Source of the DNA: Macrostomum hystrix
Taxonomy: Eukaryota > Animalia > Platyhelminthes
Assembly (NCBI GenBank): GCA_950097015.1
Contig: CATNEN010000012.1
Span: 3,658,001-3,722,000 of the forward strand
Length of the DNA: 64,000 bases
Direction of reading: 5' to 3'
The notes below the pieces were generated by a model. It saw nothing but the letters and a program-made list of their open reading frames with translations, was not told the origin of the DNA and made no database searches. The position numbers were made by a program, and so were the translations under genes. Of this stretch, positions 48,701-55,934 are shown in pieces; the stretch's first letter is position 1, and every line of letters begins with the position of its first letter.

Positions 48701-48730
48701 CTTCTTCTGACTTTAGGCCTGCTGCTGAAC
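18742..48730 (-). CDS. SLC4-family (band 3/bicarbonate/borate-type) anion transporter, spliced
   Basis: Minus-strand exons at ~48730-48487, ~48091-47714 (WEETTRWIRYEQ...WSRPHVSALSFHS), ~47520-46995, ~44006-43678 (FTCLAPAVSFG...GGQPMMLVGVTGP), ~42893-42478 (ITRATEEIFNLF), ~41065-40579 (TGHHLNL...VAEQRASG), 40188-39881 (GMFLYMG...FPLVIL...RHLLLP) and 19011-18742. The last exon starts with the expected LD after a TACTAAC branch point and a polypyrimidine AG. The N-terminal exon is unresolved, and the gene may splice further at 18744. Confidence 0.85.
19281..19340 (-). mobile_element. tRNA-like SINE head or tRNA pseudogene fragment
   Basis: Minus strand reads TAGCCTAGAGG (A-box-like) ... GGCTCGAATCC (B-box-like); no convincing cloverleaf. 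Confidence 0.4.
20143..20261 (+). ncRNA. U5: U5 spliceosomal snRNA (3' part supplied by the first retrotransposon copy)
   Basis: ACTCTGGTTTCTCTTCA-N9-TAAATCTTTCGCCTTTTACTAAAGATTTCCGTGGAGAGG matches the metazoan U5 5' domain, with invariant loop 1 GCCTTTTAC (20181-20189) and stem AAATCTTT/AAAGATTT. Also ACTC/GAGT closing stem, Sm-like GATTTGTG (20231-20238) and 3' hairpin ACCCC-ATTC-CTA-GAA-GGGGGT. Length ~119 nt. Confidence 0.93.
20474..23170 (+). CDS. LINE ORF1 copy 1: AlkB-like dioxygenase + RGG tract + RRM-like region + three zinc knuckles
   Basis: First ATG at 20474 (the track's 20402 start is a GTG). AlkB domain ~20978-21502: YTYSG, FNSVLVNFY, WHADDE, IATVSFG, LQHQVP, RISLTFR. Knuckles CQRCQQFGHRAAQC, CRICGGSHAWKDC, CSNCGGQHRTTSRAC. 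Confidence 0.92.
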   Translation: MAANRATTSKKHDGRPSLEHRYGRTEDASRKLQPKVATALMSTPMPASETSEPATSTQDRGSLSPPEGRLVIVEDESQAVTAAPETADSNETADRMSVDEAEAAETAAQQTEAAAAPATAPTASESAASAQTTIPKPTAAQSDADISQIVFPDEPDFSECQQTTYAGDCTIVYAPYFLGEVADQIYQRLMADVLPLAFRHRPHEQRRVFWIGPAYTYSGVELKENQTWHPVIEDIRDFLYDDAGLEVPKFNSVLVNFYTEPEDRIPWHADDEEELGDKPTIATVSFGAERTFMLRRRDGNVTHRFQTLPGSLILMGGNCQKRLQHQVPAVRTQTGVRISLTFRVTKPELRRKRAATDDPTYSQPLDCGPFGDRQGNPGQPQDQQAERGGGGQRGARGQRGGGGQQRGSRGGGGGRQRGTRGGGGGRGAAAGAAAASATAVTGSSAASAAAAAAAASTTQAATARPYAQVASARAPLRRPQAAIPPVVFEVHRNAAGKLVAFITWLQANFAGDARAVNTAEMANQPAYLVFPATERDYNVFLGGALRQDSLLGHRVERRPARSRPLDNRTGADRVRQQPLLTFVALDVPFSFTEAEFASMLRESLKLDITSVHRIRARASGQATRYMRIFTKSRATFDQCLREGICTDFLKFSCEESRTDEPVRALQCQRCQQFGHRAAQCQVELRCRICGGSHAWKDCQHEGPATCSNCGGQHRTTSRACTVAQEEHAKATKAAAEAKAAAARAAEAAATDAPPASSAPADVSDASDSGWLMRQGRRNVPVNAAIRPLFISNDDARSRPAAETVSARCTSANEAAPSLDAGSEPQQQQQTDLKQMVSMLLPLITRSLTQVIVRALSRPPGELLTVESTSKMVEDIVRAVLQDVSGMASTATVVVGPGS
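23238..26027 (+). CDS. LINE ORF2 copy 1: apurinic-like endonuclease + reverse transcriptase
   Basis: APE motifs HLNCRG, FSET, LLGDLNARH, LDLG, SDHLPI; RT motifs PGLDKIP, YRPISLTS, LDVEAAFD, PQGGILSP, FADD, FLG. The frame is open from 23025; first in-frame ATG is 23238. Confidence 0.95.
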   Translation: MHLNCRGFHPKSRELTQWVISQEIDIALFSETILKSSHTVQIPGYSIIRYDTPQVRRGLLLAHSPRVKLTNVRLHYDNVNHEAISCTVSLSDNSHGADFNLALVYRSPAPYHLNLNLLKSLVSRRRSVLLGDLNARHRFLGGDSSNNRAGHELYDWLSEGLASPTILNQVGQFTRIATKNGVTSRNVLDLGLATEDFLPFVQDFAVGPDLDSDHLPIILTLNIQSAKWAGPAKPKNFSKTDWDQFRLKISEALLPDQPTRLSSAQQIDAEVELITKAIHTVIESTVPDCGGRNALPKHILELIRERRRLRRLFNSTRDENFKRLANQMANRIKREITSFQSGKLTKLCENVVENSKNSKVKNFWHDTRKLMGKFKPSSIPTLTSGQTSAHTDLEKANLLAATLDSKMRPVPSTCEQLKQEVAEVAKFIAFYPIPADINGIATHPLEAAFTVADTVWELEHLKPDGAPGLDKIPNRVLKLGLEGVAITRITKLFNACFSQGIFPSAWKKAVVTMIPKPDKPPDNPNSYRPISLTSCLGKVFEKLIAKRLSKYLEDKNILGDDQCAYRKVHSTYDNLCRLVQDMMVAKCKAKRAAAVFLDVEAAFDSAWHDMLRSRMLNAGFPSMLTRILSDYLRNRYIQVRVNNSLSELIRILAGVPQGGILSPLLYLLYVSTMPIPENPNVKRSQFADDMAIWASADTFAGLRTCLQSYLRQVWEWCGKQGIRLNADKSKAIAFNYKPTARADLRPKLQLGQTVVPYCQEVKFLGVLLDANLCLNKHVDNMANTCRAIVMSLCRIAKITKLSSVTLRMLYRAYGESALTYGAPILTLICVTNQIKLQKIQNLALRICYGVPSYLSTEYLHKMAGMPMLSARVKQLGVAWLLKMRAARLHGFHIEPELPRAPGRVPILNVLWATLRRGQINRQNRLQIQG
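26703..26773 (+). ncRNA. U5 snRNA 3' segment at the head of copy 2 (no 5' half)
   Basis: Identical to 20191-20261. Confidence 0.85.
26986..29685 (+). CDS. LINE ORF1 copy 2 (AlkB + zinc knuckles)
   Basis: Same as copy 1 plus one extra Gln in the CAG tract. Confidence 0.92.
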   Translation: MAANRATTSKKHDGRPSLEHRYGRTEDASRKLQPKVATALMSTPMPASETSEPATSTQDRGSLSPPEGRLVIVEDESQAVTAAPETADSNETADRMSVDEAEAAETAAQQTEAAAAPATAPTASESAASAQTTIPKPTAAQSDADISQIVFPDEPDFSECQQTTYAGDCTIVYAPYFLGEVADQIYQRLMADVLPLAFRHRPHEQRRVFWIGPAYTYSGVELKENQTWHPVIEDIRDFLYDDAGLEVPKFNSVLVNFYTEPEDRIPWHADDEEELGDKPTIATVSFGAERTFMLRRRDGNVTHRFQTLPGSLILMGGNCQKRLQHQVPAVRTQTGVRISLTFRVTKPELRRKRAATDDPTYSQPLDCGPFGDRQGNPGQPQDQQAERGGGGQRGARGQRGGGGQQRGSRGGGGGRQRGTRGGGGGRGAAAGAAAASATAVTGSSAASAAAAAAAASTTQAATARPYAQVASARAPLRRPQAAIPPVVFEVHRNAAGKLVAFITWLQANFAGDARAVNTAEMANQPAYLVFPATERDYNVFLGGALRQDSLLGHRVERRPARSRPLDNRTGADRVRQQPLLTFVALDVPFSFTEAEFASMLRESLKLDITSVHRIRARASGQATRYMRIFTKSRATFDQCLREGICTDFLKFSCEESRTDEPVRALQCQRCQQFGHRAAQCQVELRCRICGGSHAWKDCQHEGPATCSNCGGQHRTTSRACTVAQEEHAKATKAAAEAKAAAARAAEAAATDAPPASSAPADVSDASDSGWLMRQGRRNVPVNAAIRPLFISNDDARSRPAAETVSARCTSANEAAPSLDAGSEPQQQQQQTDLKQMVSMLLPLITRSLTQVIVRALSRPPGELLTVESTSKMVEDIVRAVLQDVSGMASTATVVVGPGS
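29753..32584 (+). CDS. LINE ORF2 copy 2 (APE-RT)
   Basis: Intact; TGT replaces the TGA stop of copies 1 and 3, adding 14 aa. Confidence 0.95.
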   Translation: MHLNCRGFHPKSRELTQWVISQEIDIALFSETILKSSHTVQIPGYSIIRYDTPQVRRGLLLAHSPRVKLTNVRLHYDNVNHEAISCTVSLSDNSHGADFNLALVYRSPAPYHLNLNLLKSLVSRRRSVLLGDLNARHRFLGGDSSNNRAGHELYDWLSEGLASPTILNQVGQFTRIATKNGVTSRNVLDLGLATEDFLPFVQDFAVGPDLDSDHLPIILTLNIQSAKWAGPAKPKNFSKTDWDQFRLKISEALLPDQPTRLSSAQQIDAEVELITKAIHTVIESTVPDCGGRNALPKHILELIRERRRLRRLFNSTRDENFKRLANQMANRIKREITSFQSGKLTKLCENVVENSKNSKVKNFWHDTRKLMGKFKPSSIPTLTSGQTSAHTDLEKANLLAATLDSKMRPVPSTCEQLKQEVAEVAKFIAFYPIPADINGIATHPLEAAFTVADTVWELEHLKPDGAPGLDKIPNRVLKLGLEGVAITRITKLFNACFSQGIFPSAWKKAVVTMIPKPDKPPDNPNSYRPISLTSCLGKVFEKLIAKRLSKYLEDKNILGDDQCAYRKVHSTYDNLCRLVQDMMVAKCKAKRAAAVFLDVEAAFDSAWHDMLRSRMLNAGFPSMLTRILSDYLRNRYIQVRVNNSLSELIRILAGVPQGGILSPLLYLLYVSTMPIPENPNVKRSQFADDMAIWASADTFAGLRTCLQSYLRQVWEWCGKQGIRLNADKSKAIAFNYKPTARADLRPKLQLGQTVVPYCQEVKFLGVLLDANLCLNKHVDNMANTCRAIVMSLCRIAKITKLSSVTLRMLYRAYGESALTYGAPILTLICVTNQIKLQKIQNLALRICYGVPSYLSTEYLHKMAGMPMLSARVKQLGVAWLLKMRAARLHGFHIEPELPRAPGRVPILNVLWATLRRGQINRQNRLQIQGCAVSDTYGPERKPK
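33216..33286 (+). ncRNA. U5 snRNA 3' segment at the head of copy 3 (no 5' half)
   Basis: Identical to 20191-20261. Confidence 0.85.
33505..36207 (+). CDS. LINE ORF1 copy 3 (AlkB + zinc knuckles)
   Basis: Intact; AlkB domain identical in protein to copies 1 and 2; substitutions cluster in the N-terminal low-complexity region. Confidence 0.92.
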   Translation: MAANRATTSKKHDGRPSLEHRYGRTEDASRKLQPKVATALMSTPTPASETSEPANSAQDRGSFSPPEGRLVIVEDEPPAVTAAPATADSNETADRMSVDEAEAAETAAQQTEAAAAPAPAPTASESAAIAQTTIPKPTAAQSDADISQIVFPDEPDFSECQQTTYAGDCTIVYAPYFLGEVADQIYQRLMADVLPLAFRHRPHEQRRVFWIGPAYTYSGVELKENQTWHPVIEDIRDFLYDDAGLEVPKFNSVLVNFYTEPEDRIPWHADDEEELGDKPTIATVSFGAERTFMLRRRDGNVTHRFQTLPGSLILMGGNCQKRLQHQVPAVRTQTGVRISLTFRVTKPELRRKRAATDDPTYSQPLDCGPFGDRQGNPGQPQDQQAERGGGGQRGARGQRGGGGQQRGSRGGGGGRQRGTRGGGGGRGAAAGAAAASATAVTGSSAASAAAAAAAASTTQAATARPYAQVASARAPLRRPQAAIPPVVFEVHRNAAGKLVAFITWLQANFAGDARAVNTAEMANQPAYLVFPATERDYNVFLGGALRQDSLLGHRVERRPARSRPLDNRTGADRVRQQPLLTFVALDVPFSFTEAEFASMLRESLKLDITSVHRIRARASGQATRYMRIFTKSRATFDQCLREGICTDFLKFSCEESRTDEPVRALQCQRCQQFGHRAAQCQVELRCRICGGSHAWKDCQHEGPATCSNCGGQHRTTSRACTVAQKEHAKATKAAAEAKAAAARAAEAAATDAPPASSAPADVSDASDSGWLMRQGRRNVPVNAAIRPLFISNDDARSRPAAETVSARCTSANEAAPSLDAGSEPQQQQQQQTDLKQMVSMLLPLITRSLTQVIVRALSRPPGELLTVESTSKMVEDIVRAVLQDVSGMASTATVVVGPGS
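36275..39064 (+). CDS. LINE ORF2 copy 3 (APE-RT)
   Basis: Intact; roughly 14 amino-acid differences from copy 1, all catalytic motifs kept. Confidence 0.95.
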   Translation: MHLNCRGFHPKSRELTQWVISQEIDIALFSETILKSSHTVQIPGYSIIRYDTPHVRRGLLLAHSPRVKLTNVRLHYDNVNHEAISCTVSLSDNSHGADFNLALVYRSPAPYHLNLNLLKSLVSRRRSVLLGDLNARHRFLGGDSSNNRAGHELYDWLSEGLASPTILNQVGQFTRIATKNGVTSRNVLDLGLATEDFLPFVQDFAVGPDLDSDHLPIILTLNIQSAKWAGPAKPKNFSKTDWDQFRLKISEALLPDQPTRLSSAQQIDAEVELITKAIHTVIESTVPDCGGRNALPKHILELIKERRRLRRLFNSTWDENFKRLANQMANRIKREITSFQSGKLTKLCENVVENSKNSKVKNFWHDTRKLMGKFKPSSIPTLTSGQTSAHTDLEKANLLAATLDSKMRPVPSTCDQLKQEVAEVAKFIAFYPIPADINGIATHPLEAAFTVADTVWELEHLKPDGAPGLDKIPNRVLKLGLEGVAITRITRLFNACFSQGIFPSAWKKAVVTMIPKPDKPPDNPNSYRPISLTSCLGKVFEKLIAKRLSKFLEDKNILGDDQCAYRKVHSTYDNLCRLVQDMMVAKCKAKRAAAVFLDVEAAFDSAWHDMLRSRMLNAGLPSMLMRILSDYLRNRYIQVRVNNSLSELIRILAGVPQGGILSPLLYLLYVSTMPIPENPNVKRSQFADDMAIWASADTFAGLRTCLQSYLRQVWKWCGKQGIRLNADKSKAIAFNYKPTARADLRPKLQLGQTEVPYCQEVKFLGVLLDANLCLNKHVDNMANTCRAIVMSLCRIAKITKLSSVTLRMLYRAYGESALTYGAPILTLICVTNQIKLQKIQNLALRICYGVPSYLSTEYLHKLAGMPMLSARVKQLGVAWLLKMRAARLHGFHIEPELPRAPGRVPILNVLWAALRRGQINRQNPLPIQG
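39748..39812 (+). pseudogene. 3' flank: U5-like target remnant
   Basis: AAAGATTTCGGTGGA matches U5 AAAGATTTCCGTGGA at 14 of 15 bases, then diverges. Either a ~15-bp target-site duplication or an orphaned variant U5 3' half. Confidence 0.55.
40340..40497 (-). mobile_element. tRNA-derived SINE, family B (CORE-like), copy 1
   Basis: Minus-strand head GTAGTAAAGTGGTTAGAGC...GGATTCGAATCC; shares GCTGGGT(A/G)AACTGAAGCAATGCAGAGTTA with 57710-57850. Confidence 0.7.
41110..42430. repeat. Intronic minisatellite, 21 bp unit (~1.3 kb)
   Basis: CAGGATGAGATTCAGATAA(C/G)A; source of the spurious 435-aa and 575-aa ORFs. Confidence 0.97.
42910..43045. repeat. Intronic minisatellite, 21 bp unit
   Basis: CTGGGAGATGGTGTGACATTT, about 6 copies. 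Confidence 0.9.
43065..43231. mobile_element. MITE with ~34-bp TIRs and 8-9 bp TSD
   Basis: Left GGGTCGTTTCACAAACCCTAATTTTCACAACGTC; right GACGTTGTGAAAATTAGGGTTTGTGAAAGCGACCC; flanks ATGTCAAC(G) and ATGTCAAC(T). Confidence 0.85.
44312..46635 (+). mobile_element. Internally deleted THAP/P-element-like DNA transposon
   Basis: Imperfect TIRs starting CAAGG, with AGCATCTGGACTGGAAGCT and CTGGAGGCCACT inverted at both ends; no clear TSD; internal THAP and transposase fragments. Confidence 0.7.
44889..46140 (+). pseudogene. THAP domain and P-like transposase remnant
   Basis: MVNKCSAFGC...FHRYP, frameshift, KWIK...LCSLHF...EVPTIFP; then AYNILRQQVLCLPSERQL joined to a C-terminal segment (SFFNCLMKN...RKRKVAKL). 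No catalytic core seen. Confidence 0.75.
47570..47695. repeat. Intronic minisatellite, 15 bp unit
   Basis: GAGATTGGGATATTT variants. Confidence 0.85.
48235..48482. repeat. Intronic minisatellite, 24 bp unit
   Basis: CAGCCACCCCATGACTCATCACCT variants. Confidence 0.92.
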
Positions 48731-48829
48731 GATGGGAGGGCACATTGAAGTTCGAAACGAGATACAAACGAAATCGTAAAAACGAGATAAGAAACAAAGA
48801 AAGAAAATTTTAGAAATAAAATATTTAGA

Positions 48830-49050
48830 AGCGTTTGACTTGTTTGAGAAGCGTTTGAGTAGTTTGAGAAGCTTTTGGAGTCATTAGAGAAGCATTGAGT
48901 CGTTTGAGAAGCATTGAGTCGTTTGAGAAGCGTTTGAGTCGTTTGAGAAGTTTTTGGAGTCATTAGAGAAGCATTGAGTCCTTTGAAAAACGTTTTGAGT
49001 CATAGGCATTGAATTGTTTGAGCCGTTTGAGAATCGTTTTGAGTCATAGA
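48830..49050. repeat. Degenerate tandem repeat
   Basis: GAGTCGTTTGAGAAGC variants. Confidence 0.8.
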
Positions 49051-49769
49051 GAAGTTTTTAAGCTGTAAATATATCGTATTTAGACTTTTCTAAAATGCCG
49101 CTTATCTCAGTAGCCTTTCACACGTTAGTGAGAGAAAATATTAAAAATATCGCTAAATATCGAGAACTTACTTGACAAATTGTAATTCTGAATTTTCAAC
49201 ATCCCGATAGTTCGAGACAAGGGGATTTGAAAGCTAAGATAGAGAATGATATTGAGTTGATGCTCACCCGATGCTCTGCTATCCTTGGCTCTGCTCTCGG
49301 TCCCAGCGGTGTTCGAACAGCTCTGTAATAGAGAATAAGTTTTCAAACCCGAGCTAGAAGCCTAGAGCCCGGTTGGTGAATTTTCACTGTGGCCAGAATG
49401 GGTACAGAATAGACAAATTTGTCGCATGGCCATACTGCAGTGCGGCTACAAACTTGTAGGACAGGTCGGACATTTCTAGGCGCGATAGTTAAGAACGAAA
49501 AATAACAAACCAATGTGCTAGTTAAAGTTTGTCTATGCATTCTTGGAATATCGAACAATGATGCCCTTTATTTACATGGAAAGTTCCACTATGCCTAAAG
49601 TACATAGTGCTTAGTTTGTGATTCTCAATATGCCAAACTCAAGGCCAAATTAAAAATATATAAAAGTAACAAAACAGAACTTCCATACAACGCACTGAAA
49701 TATCACCAGCATTTTTTCGTGATCCGCAATTAGTTCCATTCCATTTCTGTATACTATATAGTCCATAAC

Positions 49770-50195
49770 AGACACCTCCCTCCAATTCCAGTCCACTCCA
49801 GACACCTCCCTCCCTTTCCAGTCCATGTCAGACTCCTCCCTCCCCTTTAAGTCCATTCCAGACACCTCCTTCCCCTTCCAGTCCATGCCAGACACCTCCC
49901 TCCCCTTACAGTCCATGCCAGACACCTCCCTCCCCTTACAGTCCATGCCAGACACCTCCGTCCACTTCCAGTCCATGTCAGACTCCTCCCTCCCCTTTAA
50001 GTCCATTCCAGACACCTCCTTCCCCTTACAGTCCATGATAGACACCTCCCTCCACTTCCAGTCCATGCCAGACACCTCCCTCCACTTCCAGTCCATGCCA
50101 GACACCTCCCTCCACTTCCAGTCCATGCCAGACACCTCCCTCCACTTCCAGTCCATGCCAGACACCTCCCTCCACTTCCAGTCCATTCCAGACAC
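49770..50195. repeat. Minisatellite, 30 bp unit
   Basis: CAGTCCATGCCAGACACCTCCCTCCACTTC. Confidence 0.93.
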
Positions 50196-53100
50196 ATCCT
50201 TCTCCTTGCAGTAAGTTTTATTCCAGATCCACAGTAATTTTAGTAGCCTTACACTGATGCAACGATCGTCCTTTCTCGATTAGTTCCACATTCTTTTTTG
50301 GGCTTAATCTGTCTGCAATTTCCGTGACGACCGAAGTCGAAGGATGCGGTCGAGGAAATTCTCTACATCGTCTATCTGCAGATTTTCGAATGGGATTTAT
50401 GACAAAACTCATTCAGCTATTCATTCTAATTACAGACTTAATTGCTGATGAAGATCGCGGGCGGAACTCTAGCCAATGTCAAGCATCAATGCAACTGATG
50501 ATAGTTACAAACTTTATTCTCCATAGGAGTTCGTTGGTTCCCATAAACTCATTAGTCCAGTGTCCGCTATTTATATTTGCAAGGGATCAATAAGCTACTG
50601 AAATATGAGCTCGGTACCTCGTATGAACAATAGGAGAGTTGATTGAGTGAGTCCTACTAATGATGGATTCTTACCGTTGTCCTCTTCTCGACCTGGTCTC
50701 CGGGTCTCTTCGCTGAGCTGCCTTACCGGCGGTCCGAGATGGCTGTGGGCTGAAAAGTCCGATCAGATGGTTCCGCGGTTGCAGCTGACGCTGGAGCGGA
50801 CGATTCAAAGACGATGGGACAGTTAAAGAGGCTGGTGGATGATGACATAGTTGACTTCCGGTTGGCTGAAGGTGCGAAGTTTGGATTTTTTATTTTTAAA
50901 GAAGTGACGAAATAATCGGATCGATATTTTACGATAAACTAACAACAATGATCTTATTAAAAACAAATCGGTAAAAATTGTGTTGATTGTTATGTAATTT
51001 TACGACAATATAAAAATAATATAGAAGTGACTTGGTCATTTGTTTGCATTTATTTCAGTTTCAATGAACATATTTAATTGAACACATTATAGTAGACCAG
51101 TGAAGCGATGTTTAAATGGAGGAGGAGGGGCTAACACACAGAAGCATAGACTGTGAGAAGTTACGTAACTAATGTTTAGAAGTTTTTTACCCCCCCCTGA
51201 CGATTGACACGTGATTAAATGAAAGTACGAAGTGGTCAGACTAATTTTCGTCTAAAAAAACGATGCATAGGAGAGGCTGATCGACTTTTAAAGTAGAAAC
51301 TTTTAAAGTGTGTTCTGACGGTTTTTTGGATGCGTCTCATGATCCTATTTCTGCCTCATCTAAAGGAATGGGTCAATTATTTCATCAGATACTGCTGCAA
51401 CTGCTTGACGCATGTCCCTGCTACAAAATGACACCTCAGACAAACAAATTAGCCTAGTACTTTTTTAGATATTCTCATTTAAAGTGTACTTTCTCTTCGG
51501 TCAATGGGATTATTTAATAATAAATCAAAGCGTAGATAAACAAAACATAATATATAGCAGGCTGAAGTTTTACTATAGTGCAGTACATTTAATCTATTTC
51601 AGAAGTACTACTGTCTTGACGATCACGCATTGAAGAAGCGTGATGTGAATGTTGTTTCTAGGAAATGACTGCGAATAAAATATTCAATAATCGAGGATAA
51701 TTATAAATTTGCGTAGTACGCTCATAACATGTTTAAACATTAACTCACGCAAATTGTGTTGCACATAGTGTAATAAAATGAATGTCCTAGCTGGAGCGTG
51801 AGGAATTTAAAGCTAGCGACTATTCACTATTCACCGGGGTCGGTGTCCTACCAATCGTTTCAATAGCAGCAGGGAAATCTGGAATTAAATAGCGTTAGAG
51901 ACTGTGGTAGCGAAGCGGAATAGATAAGCGATGAGACCCGAGTGTCGTCCTCCGGCCCGGCGAAACGAATAGGGATTGATTTGAATCTCGTTTACTTGCT
52001 GAACTTGATTTAAAAGTTACACTGACAGAATGAGGATGTTCACACGGAAATAAACTATAGCGCGCTCACAGTGAAAAGCAAGTTTGGTCTAACAATTTGG
52101 ATATAACAATTTTACTTAAACTGGCCAAATCCGCGCCCTACTCTTCCCGAGAGGCTCCGGTTGTCTCTGCTTTCAGCGCTGCCCCGACAGATCCTATCGG
52201 TTGGCACTCCTTATGCGTGACGGCGGAGTCTCCAAAGAGAGCACGTACTGACTTCGACAACAAGCGCCTATCTAGACCACCCTTGTCAGCGGCGCACTCT
52301 CAAGACGCGTAGCGCCGAAAGCTACCTAACTGAACAAGCGGAGCGTGGTCGGGCGGGGAGAGACAAAACAAAGTGGACTAGTTTGCACGTGCTTCTCACA
52401 GTGTGAGGCGAATTGCAGAGAACGATAAAAGTCACTGCAAAAACACGCTTCCTTTTACAGAGTCATGTTAACCCCAAATTAGGTCGATCGGCGAGGTGGA
52501 TGCCTGACTGTAGCTTGAGCCAAGGTGACAAATCACAGTAGACTTGCGACCGCCGTTCTGAGCCCCGGGGTAGCTTCTTGCCGAGGGTCGACAGGTAGTG
52601 AGGCCGGGTCGCTCGCTGATTGGCCGGGACTGTAGCCCAGGGGTAGCGCTCGCGGGGTGGTGGGCGTCCGTTCCCCCGACTGGTCCGGCCCGGCTTGGCG
52701 TGGGTGACTTTTAGCAAAAAACACGTGTCTAAAAATAAGTATTGAATAATAACACGGGAGATAGAATGGCAAACAAGCTGACACTACAATAGTCTGCACT
52801 TGTAATTTACAATGCAGTTTTATATTTAATTGTTGAGGATTTTTCTCCCCGTAGAAGCAGCAAACTGAAATAATAATTTTCATCTTGATACCAAATGAAA
52901 TAAATATTTTAAGACTATAAAAACCGTGCGCATAAAAGTAAATATCTGATAAAAAATTGAAAGCTGATAATCAGAAGTAGAGAAGTTTTATACTCAAATA
53001 AAAAAGAAAAAACTAAACCAGAAAAATGACATACATGTGCGAACGGGGGGCGCAGGGTAAATAAAATTCGGCGTAATATCCTCACAGTCTACTGTTAGTA

Positions 53101-53409
53101 GGCTGTGCTGTATTTTGTGCTATAATTGAGCGCCGTAAAAATCCTAGCAGCAGCTCCGCTCGCCACGCTGCCCCTCCTGACCATGTACTTTTCATACGTA
53201 TGTTTCATTCTGTGATAGACATGCCATATGTATTAAGCGGCAGTCACTTGTTAAATAAAAAGTATTGAACATGCTCATGTTAATTTTCTATTCGTCACCG
53301 CTATAAATGGTTTACGAATACGTCCATTCTAGTCTCATTAAATTCTTTTGACGCAGCTAAAGGTACAAATTTATTATTAAGTTCAGAGCGAAAATTAGTC
53401 CACATTTTG

Positions 53410-53815
53410 TCCCTGTCATGCCACCTCCGCCAGTCGTCCCTGCCATGCCACCTCCGCCAGTTGTCCCTGCCATGCCACCTCCGCCAGTCGTCCCTGCCAT
53501 GCCACCTCCGCCAGTTGTCCCTGCCATGCCACCTCCGCCAGTTGTCCCTGCCATGCCACCTCCGCCAGTTGTCCCTGCCATGCCACCTCCGCCAGTTGTC
53601 CCTGCCATGCCACCTCCGCCAGTTGTCCCTGCCATGCAACCTGTGCCAGTCGTCCCTGCCATGCCACCTCCGCCAGTCGTCCCTGCCATGCCATCTGCGC
53701 CAGTCGTCCCTGTCATGCCACCTGTGCCAGTCGTCCCTGTCATGCCACCTGTGCCAGTCGTCCCTGTCATGCCACCTGTGCCAGTCGTCCCTGTCATGCC
53801 ACCTCCGCCAGTCGA
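53410..53815. repeat. Minisatellite, 27 bp unit
   Basis: GCCACCTCCGCCAGTTGTCCCTGCCAT. Confidence 0.95.
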
Positions 53816-55622
53816 CCATGTCGTCCCGTAACCGGCTGACTGGTTTGCTGGAAAAATTGGAAACTATACACGACTATTTGTATGTGCAAGGTTTACTGTC
53901 AAATTACATGTTTACATACACATGTACATCAATGTAGAGAATAGAGATCCAGTGGGATAGAATATAGATGTATATGGAATGAGGTACATGACATTTGAGA
54001 TTGTAAACGAGATGAAGCAAAGATTCTTAATGAGCGGAAATTGTAATTGTACTAATTGTAGACTGTACAGATTATGAGATTACGACCTGCTCATGAGAAT
54101 ATATTCCCATTTCTTATTGAATACATTATATTCATGTATTTTTTGTTTTTTTGTTCGACTATAAGATGCGATGGTGCTGAAATACAGTATACACAATTTT
54201 AAAAACAGGCTAAATTGTATATCCAAAAGACATTGCAAATTCATAGTACTAGTACTCGTAGTAGGCAGTACAGATATTTAAAAGCCACTTATCTTTCCTG
54301 TTACGCCGGCAGCCTTGTCATATAGGAGCACTCGGTCGCATCTCTACCGAGTTTAATCCTCCTCAGTCATTTCGCTCATTTTCGCTCAAGTTTGAGGAAA
54401 AGTAAGTGAGGAACAGGTTGGGGTGAGAGAGAGGGACAGACAAGACAGATTGTAACTAAAAATTAAAACTGTCACAATGAAACCGCAAAAATAGAACTTG
54501 CACCACACTGAAAATTGCGACGCGCCTGCCGCATATCTTCAGCGCAGAGCACCCTCGGCTTTAATTGCCAAATTATTTCGACAATTGACTTGACTTTACT
54601 GGTTCAATTTTTGTCCTTTATCAAGACACTTAATAAAAATAATAATTGACACTAGACCCAAGGGCCAGTGCAGGTGTTGTGTCAGGCACACTAGCAGGTG
54701 GGGACTGCACACCTATTGTACTCCCCGGCTCTCTCGGACACCGGTTGACAGCCGCGTGTCAGCAATGGAATTTATTTTTCCAAACATATCGGCAGCATCC
54801 AAACCCCACAGAATTGCCGCACAGAACTGCTTTATTCCACGCCAGACACTTGACAGCTCTATATTGCTTCATTTTACCCTGCAGCTGTAAAATGGTGACC
54901 AGCATTGGCTGGGGTTATTAAAGTTGGGCGTGGCGTGCTGCTCAGTCCATGGACTGAAGAGCCTTCAGATGCGCCGCGCAATAGCTGCGGCTGTGTCGTC
55001 GTCTGCACATATACCCAGATACTTTTGTCTGTCTATAAATGTACATCTCTACATGTGGCATATATCGTAAATCAAAAATGTGCTTTCCATCTCAGCTGGA
55101 GGACTTCAGCTGCGTAGACTCTGCCTGCATATTTGGCCGTGCAGCGCCACCTCTCTTCACTGTCTCTTAACTCAGGTGACAACTCAGGTACTGTTAGATT
55201 ATTCAACTCATATGTATGGACGTTCAACTAATTCGCTCTCCTTCGCTTCGACAACCTGCCTGTCCTCTTCAAATATAACTAGAAACTTCGTGACTGCAGA
55301 AAATGCTTCAAAATTTAGAAATTTTCAGAACGACAGGAGGTTAGGGGAGCGTGAAGTTACGCTAAAGCTTTAGTTATATGCCAGATCAAACTGCACGGCC
55401 TATAGACAGTGGGAAGGCTCATCGCGCGCCCATTGGTTAGTTTTGAAAAATCCTCTAACCCACTAACAGATAGCTACGAGAAGCTACGATATCTACAAGA
55501 CTGACAAGCAGGAGTTCGATGGCCGTGTTTAGAGAAGAAGAGAGGCCCAGAAGTGTCCAGGTTGGAGGGCAGTCGGCAAGTCAAGGCGATGGAGACGGAA
55601 GAAGATTTTAGTGGGGTAGAAT

Positions 55623-55934
55623 TTGACGACTTCTACCTTCTGCTATTACTGCTATCCCACGGAAAGGCATGCTAATCTATCGGATTCAGCGAAAAGCTGC
55701 ATCGAGGTATTCGTCGAACAGATGTCAACAATGAACAGATTTGGCCAACAAAGTATTAGCTACAACATTCATGCACTTCTTCATTTCGACCAGTTTGTTA
55801 GAAGGCTAGGTAACTTGAATAATTTTAGTACATTTCTATTTGAAAGCTATCTGGGAGCCATCAAGAGAAGGGTCAAAGTGACCAGGCATGTCGCTGCTCA
55901 TTCAGTTTGTCAAGTACTACAAGTACGAAATTAG
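55623..55934 (+). pseudogene. CACTA/Mirage-like transposase fragment
   Basis: SYNIHALLHF...RLGNL...STFLFESYLGAIK resembles the YNxHxLxH...GPL...FxFE..LG.LK motif of CMC-group transposases. Confidence 0.65.

Noticed and set aside
50660-52720. GC-rich patches as upstream SLC4 exons
   Set aside because: Donor-like sites exist, but I could not build a consistent frame or find family motifs.
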